The notes below the pieces were generated by a model that made no database searches, was not told the DNA's origin, and saw only the letters and a list, made by a program, of their open reading frames with translations. From a virus (Duplodnaviria > Caudoviricetes): a DNA stretch of 64,000 bases. The stretch lies in IMG/VR virus record IMGVR_UViG_3300025362_000477. One strand, 5' to 3'. A program made the translations under genes and the position numbers. This document shows, piece after piece, positions 19,127 to 27,815 of the stretch (its first letter is position 1; every line of letters begins with the position of its first letter).

Positions 19127-19614
19127 TATGTACTCCCGTTCTTTCTTAGTTCAAATTCAGCTTTGTATTTTTCATTTAATGATATTTGTTCTTTCTCAAA
19201 ATCATATACTATTTTCATTTTCTCACTGTATGATGCATCCGGATCTATTACTGGTGATTCTCTAGTCGGTAGAGACCAGTGTGCATCTCCCCCATCACTG
19301 CAAAAAGTATATATTTCATATGTATCATCGAACATTTGATGAATGATATTTTCACGACCCTGTTCACTATAATCCCCACTCCAATGTGCCAATTTATAAG
19401 ATGGATACTCCTTCACAAATTCACGAAGCTGTTCCTCTTGATATTCCTCTAGATCAATATATGCTAAACCATCATCGATATTGGCATCTTCACTATCACA
19501 TAACAGACTAACTACCTTCTCAGTGAACTCTGGTTCTTTTTTAGAAGATGGATCATAAGCAATTATAAAAGATGCACTACTGCTATTACTAACAAAACTA
19601 TTCCTGGTCTTCAT
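19126..19614 (-). CDS. SNSSS-leader family protein 1
   Basis: Begins MKTRNSFVSNSSSASFII at ATG 19614 (GGAGGT RBS). Confidence 0.8.
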   Translation of the reverse strand: MKTRNSFVSNSSSASFIIAYDPSSKKEPEFTEKVVSLLCDSEDANIDDGLAYIDLEEYQEEQLREFVKEYPSYKLAHWSGDYSEQGRENIIHQMFDDTYEIYTFCSDGGDAHWSLPTRESPVIDPDASYSEKMKIVYDFEKEQISLNEKYKAEFELRKNGST

Positions 19615-20107
19615 TAACACCTCCATCTCTTGGAGGACCATCATGACCTATCATATAATCTTCAATTGAATTGAACACTTCATCTGCTGCTAATACTCTC
19701 TCAACTTCCACATGAATCATATTTAAAGTACTTATGGTCTTAAATTTAGATTTCTTATCTTCATCCATTGGAGTTAATGCCAATTCAGCAGTAATCTTAA
19801 CTAACACATCTTCAAACAATGGAATACTCATTCTTTTTGAATATACTTTTAAAGCTATCCGCTGAGATTCATTATCTTGAATTTCTGAGAAATCTGGAAT
19901 ATTGTGTTTATAATTAAACTCTCTCTCTAGCATAATCAAGCATGAATCACTATGTCTCTGAGCCCGTTCATGATCGAATATAACTTTCTTATTTTCATCT
20001 TTCAATTTCATAACAGCAAGAGTTGCTTCTCGTGCTATTTTAAAAGTTTCATGTTTTTTATCTAATGACATCTTGTATTCAATTAATCTTTTATCATAAT
20101 CAGTCAT
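19598..20107 (-). CDS. Hypothetical coiled-coil protein
   Basis: 169 aa with AAGGAG RBS; lacks the SNSSS leader. Confidence 0.65.
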   Translation of the reverse strand: MTDYDKRLIEYKMSLDKKHETFKIAREATLAVMKLKDENKKVIFDHERAQRHSDSCLIMLEREFNYKHNIPDFSEIQDNESQRIALKVYSKRMSIPLFEDVLVKITAELALTPMDEDKKSKFKTISTLNMIHVEVERVLAADEVFNSIEDYMIGHDGPPRDGGVNEDQE

Positions 20108-20142
20108 TATAACTCCTTTAATTTTTTTCGGGTTTTTAAAAA

Positions 20143-20200
20143 TGGTTGCCTACCTGAGATTACTCTCATCCACCTCTTCCCGTATAACACCTCGGCAACA
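20143..20200 (-). ncRNA. Candidate small structured RNA ending in CCA
   Basis: GC-richer 58-nt island: GTTGCC/GGCAAC closing stem, TGAGA-GTAA-TCTCA hairpin, 3' ...GGCAACCA. Confidence 0.3.
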
Positions 20201-20205
20201 TTTAT

Positions 20206-20622
20206 TTAACAATTATCGTTACTTACATATTGCATATAAGTCTGTGGCTCAATATCAGAAGCATCTTTTTTAAGAATCTCTGCTAGGGTTTCTCTAATTT
20301 CAATATTGGACTCTTCACTGAAATCAACACATTCCCATTGACCATCTTCTAGACCTGGGAATCGTCTACCGAGAACATACTCTTTCGGTTCATCATCGTC
20401 ATTATCAAAATAACAAATAAGATCCTGAAGTTTATATCCTTTACTATATGATGTATCGACACCCAAAGTTTTTAAAATGTTATGTACTTCAGTCTCGATC
20501 TCTTCCTCTGAATTAATCTCTTTACCAAATATCTCAATGAGTTGTTCTTTAGTCATCAAAATGCCTCTGATGATTGAACTACTTGAACTTGAGTTACTTA
20601 CCAATCCGTATCGAGTTTTCAA
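20206..20622 (-). CDS. SNSSS-leader family protein 2
   Basis: TTG start (TTGA overlap); MKTRYGLVSNSSSSSSII. Confidence 0.8.
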   Translation of the reverse strand: MKTRYGLVSNSSSSSSIIRGILMTKEQLIEIFGKEINSEEEIETEVHNILKTLGVDTSYSKGYKLQDLICYFDNDDDEPKEYVLGRRFPGLEDGQWECVDFSEESNIEIRETLAEILKKDASDIEPQTYMQYVSNDNC

Positions 20623-21017
20623 TAGTTTCCATCTCCTTCTATTACGTCAATAGTTTTATCTAATAATCCGTGCAAATCTGTGTTACATAGAAATGCTTCT
20701 TCTTCTTCATCTTCATCACTGAACGAACCACAGTATATAGTTTTACCTTCTTGTAAAGCTGCTATACATTTATCATATTCTTTTTTATAATAATCTTCTT
20801 GGGGATCATCATAATCATCGACTCCATAACGCTCTTCAAAATATTCCTTCAATTGTTTTGCATTGGTGATCTTTCCACTGACATCACCGCCATTATCAAC
20901 ATATTTATCGAGATCAACTTCAATCGTTATTTTACTTTTACCATTTAACTCTTTGGGAAGAGCTAAGATAAATGAACTACTTGAACTATTACTGACAAAT
21001 GATTCTCTAGTCTTCAT
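20619..21017 (-). CDS. SNSSS-leader family protein 3
   Basis: MKTRESFVSNSSSSSFIL. Confidence 0.82.
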   Translation of the reverse strand: MKTRESFVSNSSSSSFILALPKELNGKSKITIEVDLDKYVDNGGDVSGKITNAKQLKEYFEERYGVDDYDDPQEDYYKKEYDKCIAALQEGKTIYCGSFSDEDEEEEAFLCNTDLHGLLDKTIDVIEGDGNY

Positions 21018-21435
21018 TTTCAGCTTCCTTTTCTTTAGCTGTTTTAATCTTAACTACATGATCAAGGAATGCACTATATGTTGTATACTTATCTCTAATC
21101 TCATTGAGGATCTCACCATCATTCATACCATATTTCTCTTGCATGAATATTTTAGCATCCTCATCATCGAGTAGCTTCAATTGACAGAATGGACAGTATT
21201 TCGGATCCATTTCATATCCATTCTCTACCTCTAGAGCTTCATTAAATACTTCTATATCCTCTTCGTTCAGTTTATCAATACCAGCACATCCTTTATGCAA
21301 TATCCGACCGCAACATGAACATTCGAACATCTCTACCTCAAATAAGCCTTCATATACTGTTTCTGTTTCATTGCATATTGAACAGATAAAACTTGAACTT
21401 GAACTATTACTTACAAGTGATTTTCTTGTTTTCAT
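21007..21435 (-). CDS. SNSSS-leader family protein 4 (Cys-rich, zinc-finger-like body)
   Basis: ATG 21435 (ATGA overlap, GGAGG RBS); MKTRKSLVSNSSSSSFICSICNE...CSCCG..H..C...CPFC. Confidence 0.82.
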   Translation of the reverse strand: MKTRKSLVSNSSSSSFICSICNETETVYEGLFEVEMFECSCCGRILHKGCAGIDKLNEEDIEVFNEALEVENGYEMDPKYCPFCQLKLLDDEDAKIFMQEKYGMNDGEILNEIRDKYTTYSAFLDHVVKIKTAKEKEAENED

Positions 21436-21719
21436 GCTTTTCTTGCCTCCTGTTCTTTTTTCCATACTGCTGATTTATGATCTGAAAAATCTTTATATGT
21501 ACCATATTTAGATTTAATCTTTTCTAATATCTCTGCTTTAGTATGACCTTTCAGATCTTCAATTTGATCTAATAAGCAATTTATATTCTGACACCCCATT
21601 GATTTTTCATTATCATCTTCATCGCATAATAAATTAAAAATGTCATGGGGGAAAAATGCTTCTGCATCTCCAAAAGCATCAATGCATACTTTTTCACTTT
21701 CATTATAGAGATCTCTCAT
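21432..21719 (-). CDS. Leaderless paralogue of the family protein 4 C-terminus
   Basis: ATG 21719 (ATGA overlap). GHTKAEILEKIKSKYGTYKDFSDH aligns with GMNDGEILNEIRDKYTTYSAFLDH. Confidence 0.65.
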   Translation of the reverse strand: MRDLYNESEKVCIDAFGDAEAFFPHDIFNLLCDEDDNEKSMGCQNINCLLDQIEDLKGHTKAEILEKIKSKYGTYKDFSDHKSAVWKKEQEARKA

Positions 21720-22384
21720 GATCCAATAGACTCCCATTTTGTCAATATTCTATTATGATAAGTTTTCATATCCTCGATTGTATTATTTGGAAATAATTCC
21801 TTTATATGAAAGATGGCTTTATCATCAACGCTACCGATATGCCATTCTTTAATATCTTTAATTGGAATTCCATCTTTACAATTATAAATAGTAGCAATAG
21901 TACCATCTTTGAATTTCATTACCCATTGAGCATCAACTTTATATTGATCTGCGGTATCTGGTTCACCAAACCTCTCAACGATTTCCTGATATGAACAGTG
22001 GATATACGCCGTAAGACTAGTACCCATTGAAGAAATAGTTTCATCATCATTATGAGTAATATAATTTTTTTGAGAATCTACTCTTTTCTTATTATCAAAC
22101 AATCTAAACCATTGCATTCCATCAACATGAGGATCACAAAATATAAGTGTAATATCTTGTCCTTCATATATGTATTTTTGATAGAATCTCTGAGTATATA
22201 TCTCATCCTCATAAGTCCCAACGGAGAACTCTTGCTCACCATAAAGAATTATATCATCCACAACATCCCAATACATATCAGTTTTATCATCAAGAGGGCA
22301 GATAACCCAATCTTCAGTAAACCCAACATGATCATATATCGCCCGTAACGAAGACGTGTAATCATCAATTAATTTCATATTCAT
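21716..22384 (-). CDS. Hypothetical protein, apparently two fused phage domains
   Basis: 222 aa with AAGGA RBS; N- and C-terminal halves look like separate small domains. Confidence 0.6.
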   Translation of the reverse strand: MNMKLIDDYTSSLRAIYDHVGFTEDWVICPLDDKTDMYWDVVDDIILYGEQEFSVGTYEDEIYTQRFYQKYIYEGQDITLIFCDPHVDGMQWFRLFDNKKRVDSQKNYITHNDDETISSMGTSLTAYIHCSYQEIVERFGEPDTADQYKVDAQWVMKFKDGTIATIYNCKDGIPIKDIKEWHIGSVDDKAIFHIKELFPNNTIEDMKTYHNRILTKWESIGS

Positions 22385-22421
22385 TCCTTAAAGTTTGGTC
22401 ATTAGTATATTGTAAAGAACC

Positions 22422-22455
22422 CACTCATTAGCACATATTATATTACTAATGAGTG
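22422..22455. repeat. 10-bp inverted repeat downstream of the ligase
   Basis: CACTCATTAG...CTAATGAGTG. Confidence 0.6.
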
Positions 22456-22464
22456 AGTTAATGA

Positions 22465-24423
22465 TTATATTCCCATTAATTCATTTAATTTATCTTCATT
22501 GATAACTTCAATACCAAGTTTCTGAGCCTTGGTTAATTTACTTCCTGTAGAATCACCTGTAATAAGATAATCGAGTTCTTTTGAAACTCCTGATTTGATC
22601 TCACCACCAAGTGCTATTATATCTGCATATATCTCTTTACGCTTCCTAGTTAATGTTCCAGTAGCACAAAATGTTTTTCCTGCTAATATTCCACCCACGA
22701 CTACCTCCGGATATTCAATTGTTACACGTTTAAATATTTGTTCAACTATATTCCATCTCTTCTCGATACCATCTATTAACTGCTGTTCTCGTTTATCACC
22801 TAACTGATCCACATTTCTGATATAAGACAAATCATAATGTACACCGTCATCATTATAACAGGTAATATAATTAACCCATTGTTCTGGAGATACAGTTTTA
22901 TCCTTAAATAGAATCTCAAACATTCTACGACCCCATCCTATAATTCCCATACAGGCTAATAGGCATTGCGGTGTAGTTGTGATATTACTTACTGCTTCAA
23001 CCCATTTAGGGGATTCACCTTTACCGAATCCTTTCGATATAAGTGTATTCGTATCAATATCTAAAATATCCCACACATTCTCAAGTAGACCAGCATCTTC
23101 CATCTTAATCAGAGTCTTTTCATCCATTCCCTTGACGTCAAGGATTTGGAGGATTCGTCTAATATGTTTAATAAACTTCGCTGGGCAATTCTCATTGAGA
23201 CACATCAGATGAACAATCTCTCCAGTTTCATTTCGAGAAAATGTTGTTGGTCCACTACATGATGGACATACTTCTGGGATATCTCTATTCCGTTCAGAAA
23301 CTCGAGAAACAACCTCAGTTACATATGGAATAATTTCATTGGCTTTAGTGAATAAGATAGTATCACCATTAGCAATATCTTTATGTATGACCCAACTATA
23401 ATTATGAAGACTAGCTCTAGAAACCATAGTTCCATCAATTTCAGTTTCATCAAAATTGAGAGTAGGAACAATTGCTCCTGATCTATTAGCAACCCAATCA
23501 ATAGTTCTTGCTATTGTTTGAACCTGCTCGGTCTCATATTTATAAGCAATTGCACCTTTTGGACATTTAGCACCATGACCGGCATCATTAAATGCTTGAA
23601 TATCATTTAACATTATAACAACACCATCAATGTTATAATCAAAAACACTATTCTTTATATACTCAATTCTTTCTTCTAGCCATTCACGATTATCTTCACT
23701 AATAATTCCAATCCAACAATCTACTGTTTTAAACCCATTCATCATCAACCATCTAAGAACATCAAATTGTTTTTTAAATGGATGATTACCAACTATTTTA
23801 TATGTAACATATCTCAAATGTCTATTATGTACTTCTTGTGGGTTCTTCTGACGAAGAGCTCCAGCTGCAGCATTACGAGGATTTGCATAACCATCTTCTT
23901 TACCATCATATCCAGGTTGATCCATTACACCATAAAATGATGTTTTTGGTATATACGCTTCGCCTCGTATTTCAGAAACGTTAGTTTCGACTTTGAATGG
24001 GAAATCATGAATCCTAGCTGCGTTAGGTGTTACTAATTCTCCTTGTTTACCATTTCCTCTTGTTGCTGCCCAATCATAATAACCTAAATCATATCTACAT
24101 GCTAATGACAAACCATCAACCTTAGGCATGATACATACCTCTTTACCATTAAATTTTGATATGATCTCTTCTACAGTATGGACTTTATCTAATGATCCCA
24201 TAAAAATTGAATGATCAACTTTAGTTCCATATGTTGGATTTCCCATTTCATCTAATACTGAATCATTGGGACTCAATACTTTAAGTCTAATAACCAATCC
24301 GTCATATTCCAAATCAGTTATCTCGGGTGTATCTAAATCATAATATAAATGATTATGTTTTCTTATTTTTGATCTTAATTCTAATATTTCCACAGATATT
24401 AGATTAACCGTTATGTCTGACAT
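22465..24423 (-). CDS. ligA: NAD-dependent DNA ligase
   Basis: KVDG motif I, ATRGNG, EIRGEAY, NPRNAAAG, IDGVV, AIAYKY, zinc finger, C-terminal BRCT. Confidence 0.95.
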   Translation of the reverse strand: MSDITVNLISVEILELRSKIRKHNHLYYDLDTPEITDLEYDGLVIRLKVLSPNDSVLDEMGNPTYGTKVDHSIFMGSLDKVHTVEEIISKFNGKEVCIMPKVDGLSLACRYDLGYYDWAATRGNGKQGELVTPNAARIHDFPFKVETNVSEIRGEAYIPKTSFYGVMDQPGYDGKEDGYANPRNAAAGALRQKNPQEVHNRHLRYVTYKIVGNHPFKKQFDVLRWLMMNGFKTVDCWIGIISEDNREWLEERIEYIKNSVFDYNIDGVVIMLNDIQAFNDAGHGAKCPKGAIAYKYETEQVQTIARTIDWVANRSGAIVPTLNFDETEIDGTMVSRASLHNYSWVIHKDIANGDTILFTKANEIIPYVTEVVSRVSERNRDIPEVCPSCSGPTTFSRNETGEIVHLMCLNENCPAKFIKHIRRILQILDVKGMDEKTLIKMEDAGLLENVWDILDIDTNTLISKGFGKGESPKWVEAVSNITTTPQCLLACMGIIGWGRRMFEILFKDKTVSPEQWVNYITCYNDDGVHYDLSYIRNVDQLGDKREQQLIDGIEKRWNIVEQIFKRVTIEYPEVVVGGILAGKTFCATGTLTRKRKEIYADIIALGGEIKSGVSKELDYLITGDSTGSKLTKAQKLGIEVINEDKLNELMGI

Positions 24424-24442
24424 AAAAAGCTCCTATCAAGTT

Positions 24443-24589
24443 TTAGTAAGTATTACGTTCTTTTTGCTTCATTTTCTGAAGTTGACGATATTTATCTCTC
24501 CCTTTTGGAGTATGTTTTTTATCATGAGGTTTCTGTTTTTTAATTTTTTGGAATCCGCAATAATCGTCATTATCATCTGTATAATTCAT
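24443..24589 (-). CDS. Small basic protein, 48 aa
   Basis: Not in track. MNYTDDNDDYCGFQKIKKQKPHDKK...; fills the gap before ligA. Confidence 0.4.
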   Translation of the reverse strand: MNYTDDNDDYCGFQKIKKQKPHDKKHTPKGRDKYRQLQKMKQKERNTY

Positions 24590-24829
24590 TGTATTTAACT
24601 ATCTGCCTTTAATTTATCGTTATACTCAACTGAGTGTATTGTTTATACTTTTTATTCATTATAATTTATGAATTATTCTGTTACTTCAACTATATAAAAC
24701 CAGAGATTTGAATCCCATTTAAATATATGTTCTACTAAATCTTTAGTGATGTATTTTACATCACATAAATGATTATCGAAATCAAAAGATAAAAAGAAAT
24801 TAACTCCACGAATAACTGGATTGAAGAAA

Positions 24830-25165
24830 TTAAATCGGATACATGTAAAGTAATTGAATTAGATAATCTTCCCATTTATGTCTATTTTCATTATCCATAA
24901 TTTCATGGATAGTAACTCCATTTAGATATAACAAAATATCATGATCCAATCCCCTAATTCCGCCTGATGCAAAATCATCGATGGTTTCAGATGGAATCAC
25001 TTTTGGTGTCTGATTATTATCCACGATAGAACACAATGCTAGTCTAAAACTCTCAACTTGAGATTCCCATTCATCCTCGATATCACCATTAAAACAATCA
25101 CATGTTGTATTAACACACCTTCCCCATAAATCCGCTGCCTCTTTTTCTAATCTCTTCCCACTCAT
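24830..25165 (-). CDS. Hypothetical protein
   Basis: 111 aa with AAGGTG RBS. Confidence 0.55.
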   Translation of the reverse strand: MSGKRLEKEAADLWGRCVNTTCDCFNGDIEDEWESQVESFRLALCSIVDNNQTPKVIPSETIDDFASGGIRGLDHDILLYLNGVTIHEIMDNENRHKWEDYLIQLLYMYPI

Positions 25166-25180
25166 GATAAATCACCTTGT

Positions 25181-25218
25181 GAAGATCCTGTATCATAATA
25201 TTATGATACAGGATCTTC
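25181..25218. repeat. Perfect 38-bp palindrome
   Basis: GAAGATCCTGTATCATAAT|ATTATGATACAGGATCTTC, no spacer. Confidence 0.85.
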
Positions 25219-25228
25219 TAATTTAAAA

Positions 25229-25741
25229 TTACAGTTCAAGACCAGCTCTAAGAGTAGAGGTCTGTAACGATGCCTTGATTACTGGATCATCTGCCGCCAA
25301 AGCTAAACCGCTCTGAGCTCCAATACAAAATGATTGTACTATAGATACTGCCATAGTCTCATTCTCTGCCCATCCAGGATTGGCCGCAAACAGAATATCT
25401 ATACCACCAAGAATCGCCAATGCTCCAGCTTTAGCAACTGGCTGATCCTTTGGTTTAATATTATTGGTAATATACTCCAATGCTATAGGATATATAGCCT
25501 CAGTGTAAGTCTGACCATCTTCGATACTACCAGAATTTTCAGATATAATAGTAATGACTGCTGTCACCTGAGTTTTAGTTTCCACATCTGGATTATCAAT
25601 AGCGATCCATCCAATTGCAGAATAGAATCCAGCTTGCTGTGCCATAATTTTAACCTGACTCTCTGAGAGTTCACATCCTACAGTAGCGATCATCGAGATC
25701 CCAACTATTGCTGCGAACATAGACATTAGTATTTTCTTCAT
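25229..25741 (-). CDS. Putative lipoprotein
   Basis: MKKILMSMFAAIVGISMIATVG-C signal and lipobox; AAGGA RBS. Confidence 0.65.
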   Translation of the reverse strand: MKKILMSMFAAIVGISMIATVGCELSESQVKIMAQQAGFYSAIGWIAIDNPDVETKTQVTAVITIISENSGSIEDGQTYTEAIYPIALEYITNNIKPKDQPVAKAGALAILGGIDILFAANPGWAENETMAVSIVQSFCIGAQSGLALAADDPVIKASLQTSTLRAGLEL

Positions 25742-25751
25742 ACTTATTCCT

Positions 25752-26381
25752 TTATGTTTGTGTTTGTGGTTTATTGCATACAACTCGCATATAGATATCT
25801 CTACCTGCGAAGATTATTTTTGGCGCAATCGTTTCTACTTTCCAAGTACCTTCTGAATTAATATAAGATTTAGCTAAATTAGGATTCCAAGAACTACAAT
25901 GAGGATCTGCGCGAATATTGTTGAGCTCACTATTAATAATTAATTTCTGATTAGTTGCTTCTATTTCATCTATTGGTTCCTTACCAAAATTAGATGCAAT
26001 CTCTGTCACCAGATCAATATTCGGAACTACAATTTCCATCTTAGCATCAGGAGTTGTGATTCGGTTGATTCCTTCTAGGAGTCGGCCAATCTCTCCATTG
26101 ACATATTCCATATGCTCAAAGATTCTCTCAGCATAAATATAATTAAACTTATATGGGAAACATTCAATGAACTCAAATACATCGGCAGACACTCTATTAT
26201 GTATAGTTATAGAATCACCATTCATCATCTCTTCTTCAAACATACTGTCTATCTGACTTGATGTCAAACTAGACTCTTTCCTATAACATGCATCTAAATG
26301 AACAATAAATTTACAATCATCATATCGATCCATATCAATAGCACCAGCACCTATGTTAAGTGCAATTTTACCTTCTACCAT
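25752..26381 (-). CDS. Class I SAM-dependent methyltransferase-like protein
   Basis: LNIGAG, LDA, IYAERIFEHM, ITTPDAKMEIVVP. Confidence 0.65.
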   Translation of the reverse strand: MVEGKIALNIGAGAIDMDRYDDCKFIVHLDACYRKESSLTSSQIDSMFEEEMMNGDSITIHNRVSADVFEFIECFPYKFNYIYAERIFEHMEYVNGEIGRLLEGINRITTPDAKMEIVVPNIDLVTEIASNFGKEPIDEIEATNQKLIINSELNNIRADPHCSSWNPNLAKSYINSEGTWKVETIAPKIIFAGRDIYMRVVCNKPQTQT

Positions 26382-26864
26382 TTATTCTTCTCCTTTGAAA
26401 AATTCAGATGTTAGCCATCCATCCATTATTCCATTGAATAATATCTTATTTTTTAATTTAACAACTTCATCTTCGAAGACATCATCCTCACCAAGAACCG
26501 GAATCAATCTAATTTTGACATAGTTCTCAGTGATTTCATTGGGATGTCGTTCCTTTTTCATAGTCTCTATCAGGTCATCATATTTATCATCCAGGAATAC
26601 ATCAAATTGATCCATCTTCTTTTTGACTTCATCCGTCCAATCAGTTGCTGCCTGATCACATTCTGGACACTCTTCCATATCTATAGCATCCAAGTCATCA
26701 TCATCTTCAGCTAATTGCTGTAATACAAATTCACCATCATCACCAAATTTTTCTTTGATTATATCTACTAATTTTTCTTTAGCATCCTCTTCACATGCTA
26801 ATAGATATTCATTAATAAAATCAAGAATCTCTAATTGTTTTTCACTTATTTCAGTTTCTGACAT
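26382..26864 (-). CDS. Acidic hypothetical protein
   Basis: 160 aa, D/E-rich, contains CPEC. Confidence 0.6.
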   Translation of the reverse strand: MSETEISEKQLEILDFINEYLLACEEDAKEKLVDIIKEKFGDDGEFVLQQLAEDDDDLDAIDMEECPECDQAATDWTDEVKKKMDQFDVFLDDKYDDLIETMKKERHPNEITENYVKIRLIPVLGEDDVFEDEVVKLKNKILFNGIMDGWLTSEFFKGEE

Positions 26865-26876
26865 AACTATCCTTTG

Positions 26877-27599
26877 TTAATAACATTCCAAATATATAGA
26901 GCGTACAAACCCTCTAAAGAAATGATTAAAATATTTTGGGCGATCAATGCTTTTCGGATCTATATAATCCGGATCTTTAACTTGTACATTTCCTTTATAT
27001 GTAATAACCACAAATGAAGTTTCATCTCTCGGTATTAAGAATGGAGTGATATCTTCATAAGTCAAAACTGCCTTTTTAATTTGTTCTAATTGTTCAAATA
27101 ATGCCGATTTATTATAAAAATTTAATTTAGTAAATAACTTATAGAATACCAATAAACCATCATAAAAATATGGCATGCCCTTTACTATTATATCTTCACC
27201 TTCAGTATATAAGAACTTCTCTCTATCTACTGATATGACCATGAAATCTATAAACTCTCTTAATTTCATCTCAATATATTCATCATCATTATCTAATAAT
27301 TTTGTTACAATAAATCCATCTCTTTGAGTTGTTATAATTTCATCATCAGTTAAATTATTCTCTTCAAGATAAAACTTTACTAATGATTCAGCTGATTTAA
27401 TAAGGAATTGGGATAAACCTTGATTGTCCTTTTGTTGCTTCCCTAAGAAAATACTTCTTTCTTGTTTATTATCTAGATCTATTTCGCCGAAATCATAAAA
27501 CTGTTTTCCAAGTACTGTCGGGAAACAACTCACGACATCATAAGAATACAAATCATGCAAAACCAAAGAACATTTTTGATTGATCATTTTCTTTTTCAC
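26877..27599 (-). CDS. Small family-B DNA polymerase palm-like protein
   Basis: SYDVVSCFPTVL (motif A-like), TTQRDGFI (motif C-like), IVKG; only 240 aa. Confidence 0.5.
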   Translation of the reverse strand: MKKKMINQKCSLVLHDLYSYDVVSCFPTVLGKQFYDFGEIDLDNKQERSIFLGKQQKDNQGLSQFLIKSAESLVKFYLEENNLTDDEIITTQRDGFIVTKLLDNDDEYIEMKLREFIDFMVISVDREKFLYTEGEDIIVKGMPYFYDGLLVFYKLFTKLNFYNKSALFEQLEQIKKAVLTYEDITPFLIPRDETSFVVITYKGNVQVKDPDYIDPKSIDRPKYFNHFFRGFVRSIYLECY

Positions 27600-27759
27600 C
27601 TTCAGGAATATCTTTTATCTCGCGTAATAACTCTAATATTTTAAATATATTATCAGAAACAGAACCAATATTCTTATCAGTGCAACCCAATCCCACAATA
27701 TAACATATCGGATCTAATCTTCTTGATATCTCAGCAACAATTTCACTATTTTTTCTCAT
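27553..27759 (-). CDS. Hypothetical protein
   Basis: Start MRKNSEI at 27759 with AAGGA RBS. Confidence 0.5.
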   Translation of the reverse strand: MRKNSEIVAEISRRLDPICYIVGLGCTDKNIGSVSDNIFKILELLREIKDIPEGEKENDQSKMFFGFA

Positions 27760-27779
27760 TATATAATCCTTAGTGAAGA

Positions 27780-27802
27780 GGGGTGCCCGTAATGGACACC
27801 CC
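27780..27802 (-). terminator. GC-rich hairpin, probable terminator or processing site
   Basis: Minus strand GGGGTGTCC-attac-GGGCACCCC after 27816..28589. Confidence 0.5.
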
Positions 27803-27815
27803 ACACTTTAATGAA

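Noticed and set aside
20143-20200. Glycine riboswitch or true tRNA
   Set aside because: GCCGAGG and TCTCAGG resemble glycine-aptamer words, but the upstream GGAGAG/P2 is missing; there is no TTC T-loop or D-arm for a tRNA.
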